The notes: generated by a model not told the origin, from the sequence alone. A stretch of 64,000 bases of DNA from Raja brachyura (GCA_963514005.1 OY740799.1:31372001-31436000); one strand, 5' to 3'. Shown: positions 55,301 to 64,000, counted from the stretch's first letter. A program made the numbers and translations.

Positions 55301-58300
55301 GTTTCTAAAGAAAGAAAAATGGTCATATTTAACCAATGCAGGCGAGATGCATGTCAAAATGAATTGATATGCAGTTGAGAAACCTATGATAGGAATTCAT
55401 GTGCTGACACATTTCATTAAAATGTTTTACCAAGTGTTTTTTTCTTAATCGTAAATGCAGTTGGTGGGCATGTTAGACTACTACAAGTCTTTCCCTTTGT
55501 AAATCGTTGGTAGGGCTGCAGCCGCATAGACCAGAGATTCTGGTTCCACCTTGACCTCGGGTGCTGTCTGCGTGCACGTTCTCCGTTTTACAGCATGGAT
55601 GGCCTCCAGGTATTTGATAGATGTTGTTACTAACCTGTTGTAGTGCTGGTAGTGGTTCCAGTTGTTAATGTAGTTGTTGTTTCTGGCGAAAGAAAATAAT
55701 GCTATCGTCAACTAAGGCAGCTAAGAGAAATAGGTATGCAGTATTGAATCTTCAACAGGAATTCCTGAACTGGATCATTTCATGAAAACGATTTTGAGTT
55801 GACATTGTATCAGTGTGAGATGTTTCTGAAAACAATCTGCATTTATGTTCGCATATCCAAAAGTGACATGATCCACAAGCTGCTCAAAATTTCGAGGTCA
55901 TAATTGCACTTTTGCTCAGTCCTGCTGAGTATACGTGGAAATGAGAAGCAAGAAACTCATGTTCTTCCACATTTCCTATGTTTTTCAAAGATTACATTAT
56001 AACTTGATATAATTGATTTGAGGCAAACATTGAAATCTTGACATGTGTGTTTGCACCATCTATCTCAATAATGTAAACAAAGATGCAAGACGTAAACCGG
56101 AGACCTGGTCTAAGGGCTTAGAAGTAAGCCGGAGACCCATTGGATTACACTTTGTCGCTGTTTACAGGAAGTGGTTTGACTCACCTGTCGTGGAACTGGT
56201 GGTGGACTCAGTTGTGCCAGTTGTCGAAGATGTTGTTGGGGTTGTTCCTGGAGAGAGAGTACAAACATGTTTATGAAATTAATTGCAAGAGGTGCAACCA
56301 CGTAGCGCCGGAGACCCTAGTTCTATCCTGGTTTCTCGTTCCGTCTGTGTGGAGATTGCACTTTCTCACTTTTACCGTGTAGGTTCCCTTCAGGTGTTTG
56401 TTAGATGTTGTTACTCACCTGATGTAGTGCTTGTAGTGGTCCCTGGTGTTGATGTTGGTGTTGTTTCTAGTGAAAGAAAAGAATGCTATCTTCAACCAAG
56501 GCAACCAAGAGGAATTGGTACCAAGTAAAGAAACCTCCAAAAGGAATTCATCAGCAGGCACATGTTAATAAATTGTTTTACTGTGGTTATTTCCTTCATC
56601 ATAGAATCATGTGGGAGGGTATGCTTTGCTGTTACATTTCTTCATCTCTGACAATCAGCAGATGGCTATTTTGCTCCATTCTAGAACAATCCTACATTCT
56701 TGACACTTCGATTGTGGATTTCATGAAGAATTACAAGGCCCTTTTTATTTCAGAAGTGGTTCTCCTATTTTCCGAGTGAGAATTGTTAAATGTTTGTGGC
56801 AACACCATGAACAGGCAAGAGAGAAGTATAGAGCTTTGCTTTGACGTTACCTGATGTAGTGCTGGTTGTGGTCTCAGTTGATGATGTGGTTGGCGTTGTT
56901 TCTGGAGAAGAAAATATTATATTCAATCAAGGCAGCTAGGTCAATTGGTACGCATTTTAGAAGCCTTGTACAGAAACACATGAGCTGGCGCGATTTATGA
57001 ATACATTTATTTATGTCTTATTTTCGTCATCGTATAACAAAATTGGACTGCTTCATTTTTTTCTCAGTGTCAATCAGCAGCCGATCATTTTAGTGCAATT
57101 ATAAATAATTAAATTATCTTGTGTGCCAATGTCAGATTTCATTGAGGCTCAAACGTGTCTTCCAGAAACTGCAGGTGATCAGAAATGCCTATAGAAAAGT
57201 GTCATGCTCAGTACGTCTTTTAACATTACTGTGGGTAATTAGTACCACAAAGTCTTTCCTTATTCATTGCCATCACAGACAATCATGCGTTCTTAATGCA
57301 TTACACTTGACATTTCCCTCATCGTAGAAAAAAATGGGAGGACCTAGTCTGCTGCTAAATTTCTTTATCTCTGTCAACTAGCATATTAATATTTCTCTGC
57401 CATCTCAAACAGTCAAGTGCTCTTGACACATCGATTGTGGATTTACTGGCAATTGAACCAAGACTTCCTGTATGGTCCTCTTTTGCCAATATTACTAACA
57501 GTAGAGTTGTACAATTCATGCCAATAATGGTAACGAAGATGCAAGAATGGAGCAACAGAGCTGATGTATAAAATGTTGACCCATTGTCCAAAGGTTAGCC
57601 AATGTTGGGGTCAAGGAAAGAGTGTTCATGTCGCGGCCCTGTTCCCACCAATCTTTCCACCGCCGAGCACAAGAAGTGACAAGTCAGACACCATTGAATG
57701 CAGATGCCGAGAAGTGTGTTCTGCTCTTGCTGAACAACTTCTAATCTTATGCTTGGTATACACAGTTACAAATGGAACCACAGATCCCAGCAGTGAAATA
57801 TTGACCCATTGTCTTATTTCAGTGCCACTGCTAAACAATCTTTTGCTCTTAATGCACCAATTGCGGATTGTACGGAAGTTCATCCGTGTTTTCCAAAAAC
57901 TGTATGTTCTACTTTATACCGTTATTACTAATGGTGTGTGATGTGCTTGCACATAATGAGCATTTGTGTTCCACTTGTCCAAATGGGCCAGGCCTGAAAT
58001 TGCATAAAATGTGCTGATCTAATCATGCTTTAGCTTGTTATTGCTGAATATCAGAAGAAAATGAGCAGCAGAAGCCAACAACTCAGTTGGACACAAAGCG
58101 CTGATTAAGGAACTGCAGATGCTAGATTACACAAAATGACCCAAAGTGCTGGAAAAAATCAGCATGTCAGGCAGAATCACTGGAAAATGTGGATTGGTGA
58201 CATTTTGTGTCAGGACCCTTCTGCAGATTGAAGAAGAGAGCCGAATGTAAACTACACTTATTCATGTTCTCCCGAGATGCTGCCTGACTCGCTGATTGGG

Positions 58301-61300
58301 TCAACATTTTGCGTCATTTTGTGTAATCCAGCATTTGCGGTCCATTGTTTCTGTCCCAACTCGGTTCCGCCACAATTCCTAAGCTTTTTGAAGATTACTT
58401 TATAACTTGGTATAATTGGATTGAGCCAAACATTGAAATCTTGACATGTACATTTTCACCTTGTACATCAATACTGTAAGCAAAGAAGCAAGAAGAGGTA
58501 AGAGCTGCTGTTAGAAATGTTGACCCTGTTGTCTTCCGATTTGTCACTGTTTACAGTGAATGGTTTGACTCACCTGTCGTGGTGGACTCAGTTGTGCCAG
58601 TTGTTGAATATGTTGTTGGTGTTGTACCTGGTGAGAGAATAAAATGTGTTTACAACTTGAATTGTAAGAGTTCATATTCAGCTTCTGTATGACTCAGCAC
58701 ATTTTCATGAAAGTAAGCTGAATTTTATAAATATTCCATGACGAAATTTAAATTTAAATGTAGAAAATTGCCAAATTCTGCTTTGTTTGCTTTGTTCATC
58801 ATTTTGTTAGCATGGGATCCATTAAATTCGGAACTTTTCAGTATATTTTTATCCACCTCCACAGTGATATAAAGTACATCAAATAGACTGGCGTGAACAA
58901 GAAAATATACATTTCTGTAGACAAATATTGACTCCTGCTCTTTCAAATGTTCACAGTGCTATTGCACAACACATTGCAGCTCATCACAATTTTACTAACT
59001 ACTATGTATCCTGGGACATAGACTAACCAATCCATGAGCAAATGCTCTCAGATGTAAAGTCAGCTGGGCAAAGGGAAGAGTATATTCCATGAAAAGGCAC
59101 TGCTGCTGAAATTCTTAGCCATGTCTATTGAATGCTCAATGCTCCTTAAAAAAGTACCGCTGACCGTCAGAACCACATAAACTCTCTCATATATTCAATG
59201 CGCAATTTAAAATTTTTGAAGCAAAACTATGAACATGGAAGAAGTATAGTGCTATATATTAACAGAGCGTACAGGTACAGAAGGATAAGATAATATGATT
59301 AATAGGTGATGTTACTAACCTGATGTAGTGCGAGTAGTGGTCTCAGTTGTTGGTGTTGTTTCTAAAGAAAGAAAAATGGTCATATTTAACCAATGCAGGC
59401 GAGATGCATGTCAAAATGAATTGATATGCAGTTGAGAAACCTATGATAGGAATTCATGTGCTGACACATTTCATTAAAATGTTTTACCAAGTGTTTTTTT
59501 CTTAATCGTAAATGCAGTTGGTGGGCATGTTAGACTACTACAAGTCTTTCCCTTTGTAAATCGTTGGTAGGGCTGCAGCCGCATAGACCAGAGATTCTGG
59601 TTCCACCTTGACCTCGGGTGCTGTCTGCGTGCACGTTCTCCGTTTTACAGCATGGATGGCCTCCAGGTATTTGATAGATGTTGTTACTAACCTGTTGTAG
59701 TGCTGGTAGTGGTTCCAGTTGTTAATGTAGTTGTTGTTTCTGGCGAAAGAAAATAATGCTATCGTCAACTAAGGCAGCTAAGAGAAATAGGTATGCAGTA
59801 TTGAATCTTCAACAGGAATTCCTGAACTGGATCATTTCATGAAAACGATTTTGAGTTGACATTGTATCAGTGTGAGATGTTTCTGAAAACAATCTGCATT
59901 TATGTTCGCATATCCAAAAGTGACATGATCCACAAGCTGCTCAAAATTTCGAGGTCATAATTGCACTTTTGCTCAGTCCTGCTGAGTATACGTGGAAATG
60001 AGAAGCAAGAAACTCATGTTCTTCCACATTTCCTATGTTTTTCAAAGATTACATTATAACTTGATATAATTGATTTGAGGCAAACATTGAAATCTTGACA
60101 TGTGTGTTTGCACCATCTATCTCAATAATGTAAACAAAGATGCAAGACGTAAACCGGAGACCTGGTCTAAGGGCTTAGAAGTAAGCCGGAGACCCATTGG
60201 ATTACACTTTGTCGCTGTTTACAGGAAGTGGTTTGACTCACCTGTCGTGGAACTGGTGGTGGACTCAGTTGTGCCAGTTGTCGAAGATGTTGTTGGGGTT
60301 GTTCCTGGAGAGAGAGTACAAACATGTTTATGAAATTAATTGCAAGAGGTGCAACCACGTAGCGCCGGAGACCCTAGTTCTATCCTGGTTTCTCGTTCCG
60401 TCTGTGTGGAGATTGCACTTTCTCACTTTTACCGTGTAGGTTCCCTTCAGGTGTTTGTTAGATGTTGTTACTCACCTGATGTAGTGCTTGTAGTGGTCCC
60501 TGGTGTTGATGTTGGTGTTGTTTCTAGTGAAAGAAAAGAATGCTATCTTCAACCAAGGCAACCAAGAGGAATTGGTACCAAGTAAAGAAACCTCCAAAAG
60601 GAATTCATCAGCAGGCACATGTTAATAAATTGTTTTACTGTGGTTATTTCCTTCATCATAGAATCATGTGGGAGGGTATGCTTTGCTGTTACATTTCTTC
60701 ATCTCTGACAATCAGCAGATGGCTATTTTGCTCCATTCTAGAACAATCCTACATTCTTGACACTTCGATTGTGGATTTCATGAAGAATTACAAGGCCCTT
60801 TTTATTTCAGAAGTGGTTCTCCTATTTTCCGAGTGAGAATTGTTAAATGTTTGTGGCAACACCATGAACAGGCAAGAGAGAAGTATAGAGCTTTGCTTTG
60901 ACGTTACCTGATGTAGTGCTGGTTGTGGTCTCAGTTGATGATGTGGTTGGCGTTGTTTCTGGAGAAGAAAATATTATATTCAATCAAGGCAGCTAGGTCA
61001 ATTGGTACGCATTTTAGAAGCCTTGTACAGAAACACATGAGCTGGCGCGATTTATGAATACATTTATTTATGTCTTATTTTCGTCATCGTATAACAAAAT
61101 TGGACTGCTTCATTTTTTTCTCAGTGTCAATCAGCAGCCGATCATTTTAGTGCAATTATAAATAATTAAATTATCTTGTGTGCCAATGTCAGATTTCATT
61201 GAGGCTCAAACGTGTCTTCCAGAAACTGCAGGTGATCAGAAATGCCTATAGAAAAGTGTCATGCTCAGTACGTCTTTTAACATTACTGTGGGTAATTAGT

Positions 61301-63796
61301 ACCACAAAGTCTTTCCTTATTCATTGCCATCACAGACAATCATGCGTTCTTAATGCATTACACTTGACATTTCCCTCATCGTAGAAAAAAATGGGAGGAC
61401 CTAGTCTGCTGCTAAATTTCTTTATCTCTGTCAACTAGCATATTAATATTTCTCTGCCATCTCAAACAGTCAAGTGCTCTTGACACATCGATTGTGGATT
61501 TACTGGCAATTGAACCAAGACTTCCTGTATGGTCCTCTTTTGCCAATATTACTAACAGTAGAGTTGTACAATTCATGCCAATAATGGTAACGAAGATGCA
61601 AGAATGGAGCAACAGAGCTGATGTATAAAATGTTGACCCATTGTCCAAAGGTTAGCCAATGTTGGGGTCAAGGAAAGAGTGTTCATGTCGCGGCCCTGTT
61701 CCCACCAATCTTTCCACCGCCGAGCACAAGAAGTGACAAGTCAGACACCATTGAATGCAGATGCCGAGAAGTGTGTTCTGCTCTTGCTGAACAACTTCTA
61801 ATCTTATGCTTGGTATACACAGTTACAAATGGAACCACAGATCCCAGCAGTGAAATATTGACCCATTGTCTTATTTCAGTGCCACTGCTAAACAATCTTT
61901 TGCTCTTAATGCACCAATTGCGGATTGTACGGAAGTTCATCCGTGTTTTCCAAAAACTGTATGTTCTACTTTATACCGTTATTACTAATGGTGTGTGATG
62001 TGCTTGCACATAATGAGCATTTGTGTTCCACTTGTCCAAATGGGCCAGGCCTGAAATTGCATAAAATGTGCTGATCTAATCATGCTTTAGCTTGTTATTG
62101 CTGAATATCAGAAGAAAATGAGCAGCAGAAGCCAACAACTCAGTTGGACACAAAGCGCTGATTAAGGAACTGCAGATGCTAGATTACACAAAATGACCCA
62201 AAGTGCTGGAAAAAATCAGCATGTCAGGCAGAATCACTGGAAAATGTGGATTGGTGACATTTTGTGTCAGGACCCTTCTGCAGATTGAAGAAGAGAGCCG
62301 AATGTAAACTACACTTATTCATGTTCTCCCGAGATGCTGCCTGACTCGCTGATTGGGTCAACATTTTGCGTCATTTTGTGTAATCCAGCATTTGCGGTCC
62401 ATTGTTTCTGTCCCAACTCGGTTCCGCCACAATTCCTAAGCTTTTTGAAGATTACTTTATAACTTGGTATAATTGGATTGAGCCAAACATTGAAATCTTG
62501 ACATGTACATTTTCACCTTGTACATCAATACTGTAAGCAAAGAAGCAAGAAGAGGTAAGAGCTGCTGTTAGAAATGTTGACCCTGTTGTCTTCCGATTTG
62601 TCACTGTTTACAGTGAATGGTTTGACTCACCTGTCGTGGTGGACTCAGTTGTGCCAGTTGTTGAATATGTTGTTGGTGTTGTACCTGGTGAGAGAATAAA
62701 ATGTGTTTACAACTTGAATTGTAAGAGTTCATATTCAGCTTCTGTATGACTCAGCACATTTTCATGAAAGTAAGCTGAATTTTATAAATATTCCATGACG
62801 AAATTTAAATTTAAATGTAGAAAATTGCCAAATTCTGCTTTGTTTGCTTTGTTCATCATTTTGTTAGCATGGGATCCATTAAATTCGGAACTTTTCAGTA
62901 TATTTTTATCCACCTCCACAGTGATATAAAGTACATCAAATAGACTGGCGTGAACAAGAAAATATACATTTCTGTAGACAAATATTGACTCCTGCTCTTT
63001 CAAATGTTCACAGTGCTATTGCACAACACATTGCAGCTCATCACAATTTTACTAACTACTATGTATCCTGGGACATAGACTAACCAATCCATGAGCAAAT
63101 GCTCTCAGATGTAAAGTCAGCTGGGCAAAGGGAAGAGTATATTCCATGAAAAGGCACTGCTGCTGAAATTCTTAGCCATGTCTATTGAATGCTCAATGCT
63201 CCTTAAAAAAGTACCGCTGACCGTCAGAACCACATAAACTCTCTCATATATTCAATGCGCAATTTAAAATTTTTGAAGCAAAACTATGAACATGGAAGAA
63301 GTATAGTGCTATATATTAACAGAGCGTACAGGTACAGAAGGATAAGATAATATGATTAATAGGTGATGTTACTAACCTGATGTAGTGCGAGTAGTGGTCT
63401 CAGTTGTTGGTGTTGTTTCTAAAGAAAGAAAAATGGTCATATTTAACCAATGCAGGCGAGATGCATGTCAAAATGAATTGATATGCAGTTGAGAAACCTA
63501 TGATAGGAATTCATGTGCTGACACATTTCATTAAAATGTTTTACCAAGTGTTTTTTTCTTAATCGTAAATGCAGTTGGTGGGCATGTTAGACTACTACAA
63601 GTCTTTCCCTTTGTAAATCGTTGGTAGGGCTGCAGCCGCATAGACCAGAGATTCTGGTTCCACCTTGACCTCGGGTGCTGTCTGCGTGCACGTTCTCCGT
63701 TTTACAGCATGGATGGCCTCCAGGTATTTGATAGATGTTGTTACTAACCTGTTGTAGTGCTGGTAGTGGTTCCAGTTGTTAATGTAGTTGTTGTTT
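1255..63796 (-). CDS. Large gel-forming mucin (MUC2/MUC5-like), partial multi-exon gene: PTS micro-exon array - CysD - VWD(D4) - C8 - TIL-like - VWC-like; both ends outside the window
   Basis: 74 manually delineated GT-AG exons join in one frame with matching phases. The domain order matches the C-terminal half of vertebrate gel-forming mucins. The orthologue cannot be assigned by eye. Confidence 0.93.
2850..4110 (-). mobile_element. Degenerate CR1-type LINE fragment, interrupted by a MITE
   Basis: Translation SLTYVVGKLQEMILKKHL...SQPSFVCGKLCFKNLIEVLEE...DRAIDIGY resembles CR1 reverse transcriptase; the LINE appears to resume after 3937; boundaries approximate. Confidence 0.75.
3391..3936. 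mobile_element. Older PIF/Harbinger-type MITE
   Basis: Ends AGGGCCTGTGACAC...GTGGGCCAGGTCCT are imperfect TIRs related to those at 15641 and 46020; flanked by TTA/TTC; internal 21-bp repeat ggcgacaacctacgtcatcct at ~3660-3720. Confidence 0.7.
4720..4751 (-). CDS. Mucin small exon (RCTDYSGNFKN)
   Basis: 32 nt, phase 1-0; acceptor tctctctttcctacag, donor GTGAGT; bridges the phases of the neighbouring exons exactly. Confidence 0.8.
4868..4974 (-). CDS. Mucin exon, TIL-like C-terminal half (NFMRTGEVFSEPTEGCFCPEGLMLSEDATQCVPSCS)
   Basis: 107 nt, phase 2-1; EGCFCPEG...CV motif; donor GTAAGT. Confidence 0.9.
5110..5179 (-). CDS. Mucin exon, TIL-like N-terminal half (SYTCPYGFIYRPCATNNHNYCTD)
   Basis: 70 nt, phase 1-2; CP-x-G-x-x-Y-x-x-C motif; acceptor ttcttttcag, donor GTAAGT. 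Confidence 0.88.
5530..6812 (-). mobile_element. Penelope-like retroelement fragment (RT remnant plus terminal repeat)
   Basis: LVLILNNFSFDSSYFLQIQGVAMGMRIGPSYAYLFVG...FINFTTNFHPALKYT is a Penelope-type RT; frameshifted; terminal repeat with a CTGAAGA...GAAA motif at ~5630-5665. Confidence 0.85.
6820..7468 (+). mobile_element. 5'-truncated CR1-type LINE
   Basis: SRTRGHSLRTRGKPFRTETRKNFFSQRV is a CR1 ORF2 C-terminus, followed by a 3'UTR. Confidence 0.85.
7675..8217 (+). mobile_element. 5'-truncated CR1-type LINE
   Basis: LSYRERLSKLGLYSLERRRLRGDLIEVFK...RGNFFTQRVVAVWNELP; ends in an 8-bp tandem tail (gttatatg)n. Confidence 0.9.
8793..8968 (-). CDS. Mucin exon, C8 domain (SFQSCRSLNSLSHYFEACRDDNCWNATFEECSSLEAAALRCNALGFCVDWRQSTNGSC)
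   Basis: 176 nt, phase 2-1; F-x-x-C...Y-x-x-AC-x-x-D-x-C...CSSLE...C...CVDWR is C8-like; donor GTGAGT. Confidence 0.92.
10142..10355 (-). CDS. Mucin exon, end of VWD and linker (GSISNQQTDDCKRKNG...AHEW...PPTPPPPCEYEKPICDALFG)
   Basis: 214 nt, phase 1-2; N-x-x-x-DDC...W motif; GT-AG boundaries. Confidence 0.88.
11555..11738 (-). CDS. Mucin exon, VWD middle (VKINGESVSLPFYAEGFYI...KDKIQGQC)
   Basis: 184 nt, phase 0-1; V-x-ING-x-x-V-x-LP and G-x-CG VWD motifs. Confidence 0.9.
12140..12680 (-). mobile_element. Degenerate CR1-type LINE 3' fragment
   Basis: YRKDVEALKRFTKMLPRLEGISHNERLE resembles the CR1 ORF2 C-terminus. Confidence 0.75.
12795..13024 (-). CDS. Mucin exon, VWD(D4) start (SVCYVWGRKHYRTFEGVFYKFFEDCSYVLVEEI...SPRQND)
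   Basis: 230 nt, phase 1-0; C-x-x-WG-x-x-HY-x-TF-x-G...C-x-YVL VWD signature; donor GTAAGT. Confidence 0.92.
13150..13321 (-). CDS. Mucin exon, Cys-rich segment before D4 (CNETWIENCATYTC...KPQCYSGLKPTRVKTEDGCCSEWDCQ)
   Basis: 172 nt, phase 0-1; NETW...C...GCC-x-x-W-x-C as in MUC2/MUC5 just before D4. Confidence 0.9.
14136..14435 (-). mobile_element. tRNA-derived V-SINE (HE1-like)
   Basis: Minus strand: A box GTGGCACAGCGG, B box GGTTCAACCC, core gttctccccgtgacctgcg...ttcctcccacactccaaagac; the tail reads (tttag)n on the plus strand. Confidence 0.85.
14585..14910 (+). mobile_element. Rex1/Babar-like LINE 3' remnant
   Basis: ggcagaagatac...accaccagactcagg..cagcttcttcccc resembles the 3' end of the element at 18.9-19.6 kb. 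Confidence 0.55.
15029..15402 (-). CDS. Mucin exon, CysD (WxxW) domain plus short Thr-rich linker
   Basis: 374 nt, phase 1-0; HCSGVWSSWYNDNTP...IQCQ...VCDKDIGLIC...CNDYKIRVCC is a CysD pattern; the phase-1 acceptor fits the PTS micro-exons upstream. Confidence 0.93.
15641..16218. mobile_element. PIF/Harbinger-type MITE, 578 bp
   Basis: TIRs AGGGCCTGTCCCACCAG / CTGGTGGGACAAGCCCT; TAA duplication at 15638-15640 and 16219-16221; CpG-rich; no transposase. Confidence 0.88.
16600..16925 (+). mobile_element. Degenerate CR1-type LINE 3' end
   Basis: actagagggcat...aagttttttacacag...ttagatagacacatggat resembles the CR1 3' ends at 7.2 and 8.0 kb. Confidence 0.65.
17216..17351. other. Assembly gap (N run)
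   Basis: 136 N. Confidence 0.99.
18157..18216 (-). CDS. PTS micro-exon (ETTPTTVTTVTTGSTVSSTT)
   Basis: 60 nt, phase 1-1; acceptor ttttaccag, donor GTGAGT. Confidence 0.85.
18661..18696 (-). CDS. PTS micro-exon (ETTTETSTSTTS)
   Basis: 36 nt, phase 1-1; acceptor ttttctttcactag, donor GTTAGT. Confidence 0.8.
18870..19582 (+). mobile_element. 5'-truncated Rex1/Babar-type LINE
   Basis: VERVKNFKSLGVHISNDLSWTQHTDAIIKKAHQCLYFLRRLRRFG...FYRCTVES...RFRNRFFPTAIRLL; 3'UTR with AATAAA. Confidence 0.85.
20143..20324. other. Assembly gap (N run)
   Basis: 182 N. Confidence 0.99.
21548..23098 (-). CDS. Diverged edge unit (unit 0) of the PTS array, five micro-exons
   Basis: Exons 21548-21589 (B), 21858-21905 (C), 22394-22456 (D), 22628-22675 (E), 23048-23098 (F); all phase 1-1 and GT-AG; exon A is missing. 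Confidence 0.85.
24122..25062 (-). mobile_element. 5'-truncated L1-type LINE with target-site duplication, partly duplicated
   Basis: VLMDKYELFEQIWSPFTDYMKG* resembles the end of fish L1 ORF2; long AT-rich 3'UTR; poly-T on plus; c(c/t)actttgtaccgttatt at 24522-24539 and 25063-25080. Confidence 0.7.
25182..25427. repeat. Fold-back element made of two inverted Penelope-like terminal repeats, one copy per array unit
   Basis: aacaaggaactgcagatgctggattacacaaa ... tttgtgtaatccagcatttgcggtccattgtt; the arms resemble 5536-5660. Confidence 0.75.
25652..25705 (-). CDS. PTS micro-exon A, unit 1 (GTTPTTYSTTGTTESTTT)
   Basis: 54 nt; acceptor ttctctcaccag, donor GTGAGT. Confidence 0.88.
26398..26439 (-). 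CDS. PTS micro-exon B, unit 1 (ETTPTTETTTRTTS)
   Basis: 42 nt; acceptor tttctttctttag, donor GTTAGT. Confidence 0.85.
26770..26817 (-). CDS. PTS micro-exon C, unit 1 (ETTTTLTTGTTTSTTT)
   Basis: 48 nt; acceptor ttttctttcgccag, donor GTTAGT. Confidence 0.85.
27320..27382 (-). CDS. PTS micro-exon D, unit 1 (GTTPTTSSTTGTTESTTSSTT)
   Basis: 63 nt; acceptor ctctctctccag, donor GTGAGT. Confidence 0.88.
27554..27601 (-). CDS. PTS micro-exon E, unit 1 (ETTPTSTPGTTTSTTS)
   Basis: 48 nt; acceptor ttcttttctttcactag, donor GTGAGT. Confidence 0.88.
27986..28036 (-). CDS. PTS micro-exon F, unit 1 (ETTPTTSSTETTTSTTS)
   Basis: 51 nt; acceptor tttcttctccag, donor GTAACG. Confidence 0.86.
29698..32082 (-). 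CDS. PTS micro-exons A-F, unit 2
   Basis: 29698-29751, 30444-30485, 30816-30863, 31366-31428, 31600-31647, 32032-32082. Confidence 0.85.
33755..36139 (-). CDS. PTS micro-exons A-F, unit 3
   Basis: 33755-33808, 34501-34542, 34873-34920, 35423-35485, 35657-35704, 36089-36139. Confidence 0.85.
37812..40196 (-). CDS. PTS micro-exons A-F, unit 4
   Basis: 37812-37865, 38558-38599, 38930-38977, 39480-39542, 39714-39761, 40146-40196. Confidence 0.85.
41869..44253 (-). CDS. PTS micro-exons A-F, unit 5
   Basis: 41869-41922, 42615-42656, 42987-43034, 43537-43599, 43771-43818, 44203-44253. Confidence 0.85.
45926..48787 (-). CDS. PTS micro-exons A-F, unit 6 (carries the MITE)
   Basis: 45926-45979, 47149-47190, 47521-47568, 48071-48133, 48305-48352, 48737-48787. 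Confidence 0.85.
46020..46493. mobile_element. Young PIF/Harbinger-type MITE, 474 bp, in unit 6 only
   Basis: ~44-bp TIR AGGG(A/C)CTGTCCCACTAGCGCGCGATTAGACGCGACAAGCGCGAC; TAA at 46017-46019 and 46494-46496; the empty site gaattgTAAgagtt is seen in sister units; 474+3 equals the 477-bp extra spacing. Confidence 0.95.
50460..52844 (-). CDS. PTS micro-exons A-F, unit 7
   Basis: 50460-50513, 51206-51247, 51578-51625, 52128-52190, 52362-52409, 52794-52844. Confidence 0.83.
54517..56901 (-). CDS. PTS micro-exons A-F, unit 8
   Basis: 54517-54570, 55263-55304, 55635-55682, 56185-56247, 56419-56466, 56851-56901. Confidence 0.83.
58574..60958 (-). CDS. PTS micro-exons A-F, unit 9
   Basis: 58574-58627, 59320-59361, 59692-59739, 60242-60304, 60476-60523, 60908-60958. 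Confidence 0.83.
62631..63796 (-). CDS. PTS micro-exons A-C, unit 10 (cut by the window edge)
   Basis: 62631-62684, 63377-63418, 63749-63796. Confidence 0.83.
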
Positions 63797-64000
63797 CTGG
63801 CGAAAGAAAATAATGCTATGGTCAACTAAGGCAGCTAAGAGAAATAGGTATGCAGTATTGAATCTTCAACAGGAATTCCTGAACTGGATCATTTCATGAA
63901 AACGATTTTGAGTTGACATTGTATCAGTGTGAGATGTTTCTGAAAACAATCTGCATTTATGTTCGCATATCCAAAAGTGACATGATCCACAAGCTGCTCA

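Larger units (their letters stand above)
20640..64000. repeat. Intragenic tandem array, unit ~4,057 bp, more than 10 copies, continuing past the window end
   Basis: The same ORF recurs at 25803, 29849, 33906, 37963, 42020, 46554, 50611, 54668, 58725 and 62782 (spacings 4046, 4057 x3, 4534, 4057 x4); a diverged copy lies at ~20.6-25.1 kb. Confidence 0.98.

Noticed and set aside
25652-63796. CRISPR-like or non-coding satellite reading of the short gttgttggtgttgtttct motifs
   Set aside because: The context is vertebrate, there are no cas genes, the intervening sequences are hundreds of bp and themselves repeated, and each motif is bounded by splice signals and encodes Thr-rich peptide.
22692-63825. 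Recurrent 60-125 aa ORFs in every unit (MLSSTKATKRNW..., MKEQESIF..., MYKMLTHCPK..., MDNGSTF...)
   Set aside because: They recur only because the DNA is repeated. They have no recognisable domain, their start and stop positions vary between units, and they lie in introns or overlap micro-exons antisense or out of frame.

Overview
Eukaryotic genomic DNA, most likely from a cartilaginous fish (inferred from the repeat content: V-SINE/HE1-like SINE, CR1, Penelope-like, Rex1/Babar). The whole window lies inside one large gel-forming mucin gene (MUC2/MUC5-like) on the minus strand; both gene ends are outside the window. From 1.2 to 15.4 kb, ten GT-AG exons splice in frame into CysD, a Cys-rich linker, VWD(D4), C8, a TIL-like module and the start of a VWC-like module. 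From 18 to 64 kb, the Thr/Ser-rich PTS domain is not one giant exon. It is encoded by at least 64 micro-exons of 36-63 nt, all multiples of 3 and all phase 1-1. Most sit in a ~4,057-bp tandem repeat (9 full copies plus partial and degenerate ones). Each copy carries six exons (306 nt, 102 aa, 77% Thr+Ser) together with nearly identical introns. Single units carry private events: a young PIF/Harbinger-type MITE, a truncated L1 with target-site duplication, and deletion of one exon. The D4 domain has GRKH where MUC2 and MUC5AC have the autocatalytic GDPH. Most ORFs in the supplied track are spurious or transposon fragments. All coordinates were read by hand.
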